A stretch of 64,000 nt of DNA. Source: Marsupella aquatica. Lineage: Eukaryota; Plantae; Marchantiophyta. A program made the translations under genes and the position numbers. Positions 1-11,598 of this stretch are shown here, piece by piece. Below the pieces are notes generated by a model. It was not told where the DNA came from, ran no database searches, and worked only from the letters and a program-made list of their open reading frames with translations. Positions within the stretch are counted from its first letter, which is position 1; every line of letters begins with the position of its first letter. The stretch lies in contig OZ316891.1 in the NCBI GenBank assembly GCA_973895155.1, positions 13,485,037 through 13,549,036 on the forward strand. Reading direction: 5' to 3'.

Positions 1-1462
1 TCACTTTAGAAGCTTGGGCGCAGTGCGCCATGGAGTTGAGCCCAACTCTAGTTTGTAGTTGCAGATTTATAAGTAAGATACTTCAATCGAGAGAAGACAG
101 GACCGGTGGATGTTTGGTGGACTTCCACCGTATCAGTCGCCTTCTACTGCTCTCCTCTAGCAAGAAGACCAATCAGCTTGGTGCAGAGCCCCTGTGTTCA
201 CAAGTCCTGATACAGTTGAAGCCTGACCTCGTCAAGATCGGAAATATTATCAACAAACAAATCATTTCTGTACATCCTTATCTAAACGTTATTTGAAGGG
301 AATCTCTGTACGACTTTTCCTAGACCATGCCGGCGGGTTGGCAACATCGATTTGGAATTGACTTTCGTTCGTAGTGACTCAAATTACTTACTTACGAATT
401 GGGCGTGAGGTGCGTTCCAGTAAAAGCACGGAAGGGTGCACGAAGGTCACGCGAGCAAGACGAAGGGAGGCCCCTGCCTTCGGATGTACAATACACAGCG
501 TCAAGAATCATTGGGCTTTCGCGAGTTCGCGTAGTGCCCTCTCCAATTTTCGAAGGTGGAGGGAAATTTGTTGTGGTGTGTTTTGGCGTGGCGTGTCGTG
601 GTGTGGCGTGGTTTTGGTTTAGTTTGAGTTCTTATCCTAACGCATGCTGGCTCGCACTTGGTTTTGTCATCTCTTTCCACCTACGATGTATCTTTCTTCT
701 GCAATTACAGTGCTTCCTGTCCGTCAGTCCGTCGATTGAATCCGCCTGTCTTGTCTACCTATCATGAATGACGGAGTCTGCTCTAGTTTCCAGTTCTGAC
801 CAAACTTACCCCGCAATTCTGTACATTGCACGAATCTGGCAGGCACTTCAACAGCTGCACTTGCGTGGTATTGCACAAGAGTGCAGTCCATTAATTTCTT
901 CTTCTTGCCTCGTCCGTGGTTGAATTCATGATTTTTTTGGATAGTGCTCTACCGACGAGTCTATTTTCACGACATAATTCTTTGCTCCTGGGTCTTGTGA
1001 GACGTCATACGCATCCTCCCGCAGCCATTAAGCAGGTAGGTGATCAACTCTCTCCTTTCTTCTACTGTAGATCACAGCCCAGCCCAGCCTTCTTGCAAGA
1101 GAAGCAGATTGTTAGCAATTCTCTGTCGTTAGCGGCCATCGGATTGAAAACAAGAGTTACGAACATCCTTGTAGATTTTAATTTCATCTAATGAAATTTA
1201 TTGCCGGTTTGCCTTACCGATTTGAGAATCTGGGGAATGCACGCAAGACTGCGTCTCCAATGCAGTAGACAGGGCAGTTCTGTTTTCCGGGTACTTCGAA
1301 TATTGGCAAGGCTACTTTCCGTCTTGTGAAGTCTCTTGGGACCTTCGTGTTTTCTAAGCTGAGCAAGTGGCGGTACCTCTCCGGCAACATCGTAACACTT
1401 TACAACTGTGCTTGACTGACCATGAGTCTCATTTCCTGAATGTCTAACAGCGAAAGACGACG

Positions 1463-4400
1463 ATGGCGGTGTCGCAGACGAGTGCGAAATTCGGACTTGC
1501 TGTTCGAAAAAACTTTGTTGATGCGGTAAAGTTCTGTCTATTTCTTTTGTGGAAAAAACGAGCTCATAATACGAGGAGGTTTTTCTGTAATTGCCCACCT
1601 TGGATGTGGTAAATGGTTTTTGAGGTTGACCCATGTCGACAAAGTGGAGTATTTCCTCAATGGTGAACATGGAAACGTGCTAAGAGAGTTGATTTTGCCG
1701 TGCCTTTTTGCCATTGCTACATCAGGCTGATAAACATTGTCCATAATCAGTTCCTCTATATTGACGAAGAAACTTTCAGGTGGGCAACACACCCCTAATA
1801 CGCCTCACCAAGGTGTCGGAACTGACGGGCTGTGAGATTTATGGAAAGGTAAGCCAATCCTGAAGTTCTGCGACGGCAATTGCCCATAAAAATACTATAC
1901 TCGTTTTCACGCGTGCTCCTGAAAAATCTGGGAAGCAGTATGGGGCTAACATCGTTACTAAGTTGTCCTGTGTGATGAAAGAATTTGTGGAAGGTTTAAT
2001 GACAGGGATGTCGATGTTCTCGGAGTTGAGACAGATATGATAATCACAATGGACATTATATACCCATTTCTGGAAGTGCTAACCAGCCCTTCCAATTTAT
2101 CACTCAGGAATGAATTAAACTGTAGAATGGGGAAAGACTTTATTACGAGTGTTAATACGACTTCCTGTAATCATTTGCTAAGTAGGGAAGGTATGCATAT
2201 TTGGTAGATGCTCACTAAAGCGACTCCTGGGACACATTCGAGTTTCCCGTTGGAAATTTTTTGTTTCAGTTACACTTTCAAAATGTCTGTCCGGCGTCTA
2301 GTGCCATAACAGTATGTGTCTGGTCCCATGCAGGCAGAATTCCTGAATCCTGGAGGATCTGTGAAAGACAGGGCCGCTCTGTACATCATCAAGGTAAACG
2401 TTGGAGATTGCCCATTCGCTCCTATAGTCAATAGGAGTTAAGTTTCTATTAGCATAGGATGGACAATAAACTAGTTCGTGGAGATTCACGATATCTGTGG
2501 CTCTCTGCAATTGATCGATAGTTTCCTTCCGGTTACTGATGTCTCTATATTGTTCAGTTCTACCACCTTTTGGTTCTAGGCATTGGAGTTCATAGCTGAA
2601 CTGTTGGTGCGCTTGATACAGGAGTACATGTTGAAAGTACCTGCGCAAGTGCTTCTAAATGCATAATGGTGACTTGTGAGGATTGATTTTGGTGCAGGAT
2701 GCAGAGGAGAAGGGCCTGCTGAAACCTGGAGGGGTTATAGTGGAGGGCACGGCTGGGAACACTGGCATTGGACTGGCACTTGTGGCTAACACAAAAGGAT
2801 ACAAAACAGTCATTGTTATTCCCAAGACTCAAAGTCAGGTACCTTCCAGTAAGATCTGTTCTGCATGATTGTACCAATCCAGCTTCTTTTCAATTGTGTA
2901 GGATCGCCTTGTTGCAATCCACAATTATATGACATACTGATAAAAATACTTTTATGAGTCCGAAGGAATGAACAACATTAGTAGATTTGATCAGTGAATG
3001 CTGACAGTTGCTTGACTTTGTACTTGAGCAGGAGAAAAAGGATATGCTACGACTTGCTGGGGCCACGCTAGTTGAGGTGCACGCAAGAACTTTTCCCGGT
3101 TCTGGTGTAAAGTGATTTTTCATTTGAGTGGCTTCAAGCGAGGAATTCCACGTACGGTAGACCTGGCCAAGGCAAATTTCACTGTTTGAATGGGACGTCG
3201 AGATCTTCAAAGTGGTACCTTAGATCACTAAATGAATCACGTTGTTGATAACCTCAATCATATTGTTTGGGGAGCAATTCTTCCATATCAGTAGTGGCCC
3301 TGGAATACTCGTGCATCTGATCTGGACAATTTGGGAACGATTTGGATTCTGGGTTGATATGTTGTGCCCGTCATAGGTCCCAGCCGTTCCTTACAAAAAT
3401 CCAAACAATTACGTAAAGTACTCTGGTCGCCTTGCCGAGGAAATTGCTAAGGTTCGACTCCCTCCCTTGCAGATTTTTTTTTTCTTGAATACGGTGGTAA
3501 GTAGAATCTTGCAAATTAGAAAATTTATCTCGTATGTATTCAGAGCTTATCAGACCTGACTTATGCCATGAGCCTGTGCACTTGAAACTGAATTCCTGTA
3601 CCATGCTAACAATTATTTATGTAATGCGTGTAGACCAACCCCGCAGGTGCAATATGGGCAAACCAGGTATGATTGCCGGCATACTTCGCAGGGAAAAAAT
3701 ATTGACATTTAATATAATACCTTAGTATTCAGTTATGCTTTGTCTATATCTTATATAAGTTCTTGTAGTGGGTATGTAAGCTCTTGGATTATGTCATTTA
3801 CCCAACACCCTGTTTGTAAACAGTAGTAAAGAAAAGGAAAGATTACCATCATCCTGAAACGTTTGAAAGGTTTGACTGGTCTTAGGTTCTAAATTACTGT
3901 ACATAGTTTGTTTTCGAAATGTTGCTTTAGCTAGCGCAGTCAGGTACACCGAAACAGCTTGCCTAGTGCATTGATTCTTGAACCCTTGATGAAGGCTATC
4001 TTCAGTCATCTGCGAGCAGTAAAATATTAATTTGGATTTTGAAAAAAGTAAATATTTGTGCTTCTGGTCTGACAGTTTGACAACATAGCCAATCGGCAAG
4101 CACATTATGAAACTACAGGTAATTTCTCATGAACTGGATTTGCCGTGGATTTGACTGTCTGGAATGTTTTGTCTCAATTGGCTTTCATAATAGAGTTTTT
4201 TGCAATTGCTTTCTTCAGCCTTGTATATTTTGATATTTTTTAACAGGATGGCCTACATATACGCTACAATAGGATTTGAAGTATCAAGTGCAAAGGTTCC
4301 TCATATTTCAATTTGCAGGGCCCGAAATTTGGGCACAAACTGGTGGAAAAGTTGATGGCTTCATCTGTGCCATTGGAACTGGTGGCACTCTTGCTGGAAC

Positions 4401-5610
4401 TGGACAAGTAAGACTCTTGGTCACTCAAATTGATCTTCTCATTCACAATACTCAATTTAGAAAGACCCGATGGTCATGCTCCCACTGTCATAGAGCGGAA
4501 ACTGTCAGCTCAAGAGTGCACGTGGGTACCTCCATTGTGTACCATCGTTCCATTTGAGACCCCTTGGTACCTGTAAATTCTCTAATTACCTTGACCAGGC
4601 TTACCAGTTCAGGCTACTCGGTTCAGTCTACAGGAGTTACAGCAAACAAGTTTTTGGAATAGAGAGTTTGGAGCAGTAACCCTATCTGTTCTCTTCGTTT
4701 GCAGTTTTTGAAAGAACAAAATCCAAATATAAGAATTGGAATGGTGGATCCTATGGGAGCAGCGATGTACAACTATTATGCAAATGGTGTTCTGGAGTCC
4801 TCTGGAAACTCGGTCTGACTCTTGTTCCTCAGCTCTACTACTGTAACCATTCTATTCTGTTTGTTCGACAGCATCTTCCTCTTACATCTGAAACTCTCTA
4901 GTTGGGACATTAGTCAACTCTAAATACATGGGTGGGTGATGGAAATCTTGGTGAAATCTTATTGAGTCTACGCTTGATGCAGATATCTGAAGGAATAGGA
5001 CAAGGGCGTGTTACCGCGAATATAGATGGTTGGGGACTGCCTACCAGAGAAGGTGGTATAGTTGACTTCTGGACGCAGGTCGAACCTCTTCTCCATATCG
5101 GCCTTTGTATGGAATAGAATAGCACCTCTGTGTCTCCTCTTGAGGCAACAACGTTTTCTGCATTATAGCTCGTGATTGCGTCCATGCTGTTCTGTGCAGG
5201 TCTCCGACGAAGAGGCACTTCCGATTGTCTACGATTTACTGAAAGAAGAGGGGTTTTGTTTTGGGGGCTCCACTGGTATTAACGTGGGAGGTATGCTTCC
5301 TCGCCTCATTCTGTACATATATTACGCCCTAAATTTCTTCACTGCCCTTCGACTAAAATGTGTCTCGCAAGGCAACTGAGTAATGTATTCTTTACTTTAC
5401 GTCGCAGGAGCTGTAAAACTAGCGAAGGAGTTGGGCCCAGGGCACACAATTGTGACGATTTTGTGTGATTTAGGTACCAGGTACCAAGGTAAGCTGTTTA
5501 ATGTCGATTTCCTGAAATCGAAAAACCTCCCATACCCTGAGTGGTTGGTTCCTGGTTATCATGCTGTCGACACTCCATCAGTGTTCGAGGAGGTACCACC
5601 CCCTTCATGA
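1463..5610 (+). CDS. cysK: Cysteine synthase / O-acetylserine(thiol)lyase-family PLP enzyme, bacterial CysK / fungal CysB-like type; 12 coding exons
   Basis: Spliced exons with GT-AG boundaries and continuous frame: 1463-1525, 1780-1848, 2334-2393, 2698-2838, 3032-3076, 3377-3451, 3634-3666, 4076-4118, 4319-4407, 4705-4812, 4983-5078, 5200-5290, then terminal exon 5408-5610 (TGA). Translation shows [24 protein letters not shown] (PLP lysine), [49 protein letters not shown]. The list gives 13 segments including the terminal exon, so exon count and the true start need RNA-seq confirmation. Confidence 0.93.
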
Positions 5611-8600
5611 GCATGTGGGTGATTCTACCTTGGCAGCCCACAAAGAAAGTGATCTTGGCATTAGTCCTGTACTCAAGAAATTCAGGAATTTGGTTTAGAA
5701 AGCAAGTCTCCAAGACTAGAGTGAACAGAGTTTAGAACGTATTACCAACGACTTTTGTACCGTGCAAAAGGTGGGTGCCTTTCCACCTGCACCATTCCAA
5801 AAAGATTGATTCATAGCTTTTCGAGGCTTTGTTGCTGGAGAGCTCAACTCTACAATACTTGAAGTGGTCAAAACTTGTTTGCAGTAGAGACTCCAAAGGA
5901 TCTAGTAGGGTGTGTCACCCGCGTAGTTGAGTTGCCGGCTCACAATTAATCTCTAAATCAGGTTACAGGACTGGGGTATCTATTAAAAAAATTAAGGGGA
6001 GGAAGCATTGACCTGCCCAATAGGTAGAACATCAGGCTTCTCCTGGCTCTCAAAGCATATATCCCCTTTTTTTCCCTATCGGTAAGTTGGCACCCCGAAT
6101 GCAGCAGGCATCACTATGTCAGACCAAAAGCACAGCTGCCCTTCAACTCTCATCCCCAATTTCGTGAGATTCAAGTATGCCTTTATACATAGGTGAAGCC
6201 AGAAACTCTATCTCATGGGACAGGTCAAAATTTCTTCACCCAATGTTTTTTGATCCATGTCCGGGTCGTGTAACCTGAGTTACTGGACTAGCTGTGAACC
6301 CATAACTCTGGCCTGTGATAGAGTTTTAAGATGGCCTATTAACATATCTGAAGAGCTGGCTAGAATGCTGAATTTCACTGCAGATGATTTAACAGTGATA
6401 GGTCATCAACATTTCCAGATAACCCTCAAATAAATTCGAAGGGATCACTTTTGAATGTCTCACATTTGGGAGAAATTGCACACTTGCAAATAACTGGTGT
6501 GAACAAAGATTTACAAAATTCGCTTTAGAACTGGTTTCGGTCCTTTACAAAGCAGTTCTATAACATCTTTAAAGCTACTGTAGATAGTCTACTTTAGTTC
6601 ATCCAAATCTGAATGAACAGATGTGATGAATGATTGTTACTACCTATTAGTGAAAATGATAAGTAACATAGAACTTGGCCCAAAAGATACCTAGTAACTC
6701 CTTACTTGTTGAAATTTGTTCAAATTTCTCGCCCGTCTACCGAGCCTACTATTTAGATGTGTGTATGCAAACGTGTAACTCTATTTGAACAGTCCATTTT
6801 GATCTAGATGAATTTTGGCCACGTTCGGACCTTGAAACTATTCCGAAGAAAGGTGCAAAGAAAATCTGAACATTTTGTTCCAACTCGATTCTGAAACTCA
6901 TGAACTTTAGCCAGACCTAGTGATTCTCCTTAGATCATAGAAGATCTGACGGCTCATATTAAATCTGTCAGAAATATCATGGAAAACTGTACCTCGTAAG
7001 GCAGGGGAGTCCTCGCCAGCTTGGCTACTTGCTAGATTTATTCTACAAAAAAGGCTGATTTGGAGTGGACTGCAGGAGTTCAGTGTAAAGTGTGGTCCTC
7101 CATGTATCTCGCCCTTCATCAAACCTGATTAAATGCCAGAGTGGTTAGACTTAATATCCTTCCCGGTAGCCGTAGCTGCTGGAATGGATTTCCCCGGCCA
7201 ATCATCTACTGTAGGTCTTGCTGCCCCCTTACGACTCAAGCAATGAAAGCCAATTATTCCCCAAATTTGGCAGCTTAACTGTTACCAAAATTGTTTCCGC
7301 TTTACAAAGTTTGTTCACCACGTAATAAGATTCTCTGGACAAAGTCCTTGGCATGGAAATTGGTGCTCCCATCTAAGGTTGTCCAACACAACCAGGGTAG
7401 AATCACCTAGACTGTAGTGTATGACTATACAGAATATTGTAGAAAAACTATTTATAATAATGCATATACTGGAGGACATCTAAATGTTAGTCCTCACACA
7501 GCCAAGTGAAGGTGTGCCCTGATTTGTTCCTTATGATACAAGAAATGTATATTTATTTGTTTAGACATCTTTGCCTGCTGTTTTTCATGTCACCCCAGGG
7601 GACATCTCACTTCAACCAACCATTCCTTGTATCACCATAGCAACGTCTTGTTCTTTGAACATAAAGAGAGGTGGAGACATTCAAGCTGGTTGCCACGTTC
7701 AATTAATAATTGATTTCCACTGGCTCTTCACATGGGTCATTGTAGCGTGCAAGGAAACAGTAAAAAAATTACTTGCACGAGCAAAATTTTTCCTCACATG
7801 AGCCCGAATATTTTTATATCCAGGTGCCTCACTAACAACAACCTGATTGATAACATACATTTTTGGGACTCCTCTTTTTGCTAGTGACCTTGCTAGCAAT
7901 ATGGAGTCATAAAAAAACACAAAATATATAATAGGCAGCAAAAAGTAAAACATAAATTAAACCATTAGTGTCTCGCTAACAATAGTCACCTCACTAACAA
8001 AATTCCTGTTTACTTGCATTATACAGTACCTGCTCTTCACACACTGTGTGCCATTTTCAGAGACTCAACCTGCCCCCAATTCCATTATCTCCACACCCCT
8101 AATTTCAGCTACACCCCCAAAGTCAAGGTCTGGAAGCTTCACTCTAGACCCTGGCCCTGAATAGTAAATTCCCATTGCCATTATACACAGTAGTTAGATG
8201 ATACGAAAATATGTATATTCTTTTGTCTAGACTATTTTTTTAGCCTGGTTGTTTCCCCAGAACCCTAGGGTCTTGCAAGCACATTAATTTCACTTTACCC
8301 TGCATATTCCCCTGTCATCCTAGGCTCTCACAAATCAAGGACATTGCACTTCACTTACCTGTTTCCCCTATCACCCTTTGTTTCTCCTTGCACACCGGGT
8401 GTTTCCCTTGTTTGCCCACAATTTCCCCTGTCACTCTCAAATTGTTTCTCTATGCAGACACACAGACCTCACTTTTAGCGGTCTATATCCCTAACTTTGC
8501 TTAAGAATGTTTGTTAGGATTCTATCCTGGTTGCAAAAGTCCACCTAACATTTTGGACAATGTTGGATGCCATGGCGGGTTCACCTTCCCCTGGCATGAC

Positions 8601-9542
8601 TTGTTCTGTACTCTTGTGATAGGGAATGCAATTTTCTCCCATTTTGAGGCAAATATAATCCCTGTATTTGTTGTGCTTAAAGTGGTTGTTAGGTGTATTC
8701 AAGTAAAAGATTGACAAAATTAGTCTGTGGACCCCCTTGTCTCTATGCATAATTAGGATGTTTTAATTCATGAGCTTAGTAAGTTGGAGTTTGTGAATTA
8801 ATGAATGCATCCAACAAATGTGTTTCTCATGACCTGAAATTGGTTTTTTGGAGCAGACAATTTTGGTTTTGGCATAAAGATATCTATGAGGGAATAATTT
8901 ATTTGTTATTTACAAAAAGTGTTTGGATACATTTTGCTGAAATCCTTATCTATCTAACTATGCTTCATATCATATCAACATTTGATTTGATGTAAGAAGC
9001 TTTAGAACCATTTTTGTTAATTGGAGACAATGCAACGGATGAGATGATCCATTGATAAGGTCTATATAAGGACTGTCTCTGAGCTTTAATTATCAAAGGA
9101 CCAAATCTGCCAGTCTCAGATACCTGCTCAGATATTGCCAGGGTCTCCTTGGAGCTGTATTTAGAGTGCACAATATTTAGTGTATATATTGCCCTTATTT
9201 TGGGTTCACTATAAGTCACAATGCTCATTAACAAACATTTTATCCCATTCATAATGAAGTTGGCATTTGGCTTATTCCATTGCTTTCTTTTATGAGTGTT
9301 TTCCTTGTGTCTCCTTAATTTGTGTATATATACCAATGGGATTTTTCAATGAAAGACTTGATGGGCCCACTCTAGGTAAACATATCCCTAACGAGTCGCA
9401 GACTTGTCCTCACAACTCTTCCTTATCACCTGTGTAAATACTTTTCTCCTTGTAGGATTCCTACATGGTAAATAGAGCTAGGTAGGGCAGTCAATCAGGT
9501 ATACTACCCAGAACTATTCTCCAATGTATCTTTGCTTGAAAA

Positions 9543-9885
9543 TGTTAGGATTTACTCTTAGGTCTAGAGTTACAATTGTGCCGTAGTTAAGGCTAACCTT
9601 AGTCGCAGACTTGGTTAGGTTAGTCATGCTATGCACACTCTATAACCAAACAGTGTTTGCTTGGAGAGTGGGAACTTAGGCTCATTGTTATGGAGCTAGT
9701 TGAGATAAAGAGAGCTTGCGCCATGGATGCTTGGTATGGCCGGTCGGCCTAGAGTGCACTAAAGCTCATGTGTGTTCCCGTGGGCATAGCCTCATGTGGA
9801 GGTGAACCACGTATCTCTCTGTGTCGACTCTTGAGTGTTGGATGGTTCATGGGCTTGCTGTTGCGATTGTCGTCTATGCTCAATA
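9543..9885 (+). repeat. 5' LTR of the copia element
   Basis: Aligns by eye along its length to 19349-19708. Followed by an initiator-Met-type PBS (consensus TGGTATCAGAGC, one mismatch here). Confidence 0.92.
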
Positions 9886-11598
9886 ATTTGTATCAGAGCA
9901 TGCCTAGGAGGTGACGAGGTTTCTTCGTGACGGTTTCTAGCGTTCATTGTCCTTGTTGCATTCGGAGTTTTGTTGCATGAAACTTGAATGTGTGTGGCTG
10001 AGCGAATAGATTAGTGAGAGGGTTTTATATCGGTGTATAGAACTCACTGGTTGGTATCCGTGGTGCGGAGGAATCGGAGTCTACGTTGTTCTGGATTTAT
10101 TCATGTTTGACAGTTTTTTTAGGGAGAGACCAGAGTTTGTGTTTTCAACGGTGTGAGCTTTGCGGCGCATGAGGCATTGCATGTTGTAGCTCAAGTTGAA
10201 GATTGAAGCAAGCTGATCATTTTGGTAGCTGAGTTGCTGCCGAGTGGTTACCGACACTAGTAGAAAATGGGCCCATTTTAGACCATATTAAACGACTGTG
10301 CACCACCGTTTAGGACTCACAAACAACTTGACAGGACTCAAGTCGTTTATAGGACTGCGAGTTGTATGTTTTGTTACTAAAATAGACTTAGTTGTTTTCA
10401 AAACTGAGGGCTTAGTTGTATAAGAGACTTGATTTTCCAGTCGTTTGTAGTCTTTCATACGGGCTGGATGGGTGAGTCATTTCAACAACTGAATCAATGT
10501 TTGTAGGGTAGTCATTTTAAGTACTGTTTGGGTTGACAGAATGACTAAGAGAAATATCAAGGTCCGGTTCATGTAAGTCATTCATTCTAACTAGGAATGA
10601 CCTGATAAGTATGCACCAATAACATTCATACACATTCATTCATACATAGGTTGAACTCTATTTCACATTCAACTTGAACTCTATTGCACAAAGTGTACCT
10701 CCATACAATGTACACACATTCTGCATCAAATAAAACAGATTCAAACACCAAACACCATATATACAAAGGGATACACAATTTCCACACTTGCTGCATAGAT
10801 ACATACACAGATCACAAATGGCAGGAACACAAATGACAAAGAATAATTCATCCTACTTACCAAGTAAAATTGGTACATGATGTTTGCCTTGGATCTTCCT
10901 CCAAGTCAATGCTGCAATCTAACATAATTACTATCTAATATTCTATCTACATTCCTACTCACTATGGAAAACAAACCTACTCTGATGGTCAGAGCTCAAG
11001 AGTTCCCATTGCATCTGCAATTACATCCTGAGGTGGATCATAGTCATCATCATACTACCTATCACCAGGCATCCCTTGTCAATTACTCTGGCTCCTTCTA
11101 GGGTATCGATTATGTGATTTTTCTTTAGCTACTTACCAACCTGGCACTTGATGTGGGCCCTATGCATCCTGTAAAGATTCATTCTTCTGTGAGCCCCCTG
11201 TATCCATGTCTTCATCCACATCTAATCCGTCCTCTTCACCTCACTGTCCAAGCCCCATGTTTGACTCCATGTCATCACCTTTTTCCCCATAGCTTTTGCA
11301 CTACATCCACAACCAAATAGGGACAATAAAACATAACCCAATTTCATGGATGCATTTGGTCTACAAACAATTCACGTATGCTCAACTTTCCATGGCTTCC
11401 CTTCTGTGTGTCACTTTATTCCATCCTACTGGACGACAAACACATGTCATCTATGGTCACCCTGTAAGACAATGCAACCAAGTTGACCATCCATCCATCC
11501 ATATATCTCTCTTGCTTGACAATTACTTTATCACACAAATTTCCCCTAACTAATGTCCATGCAAACAATTTAGGTTATTCAGATCACAAGCACGCTGT

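Noticed and set aside
1188-1670. 160-aa minus-strand ORF
   Set aside because: Overlaps cysteine synthase exon 1 and its introns in antisense, with no recognisable domain.
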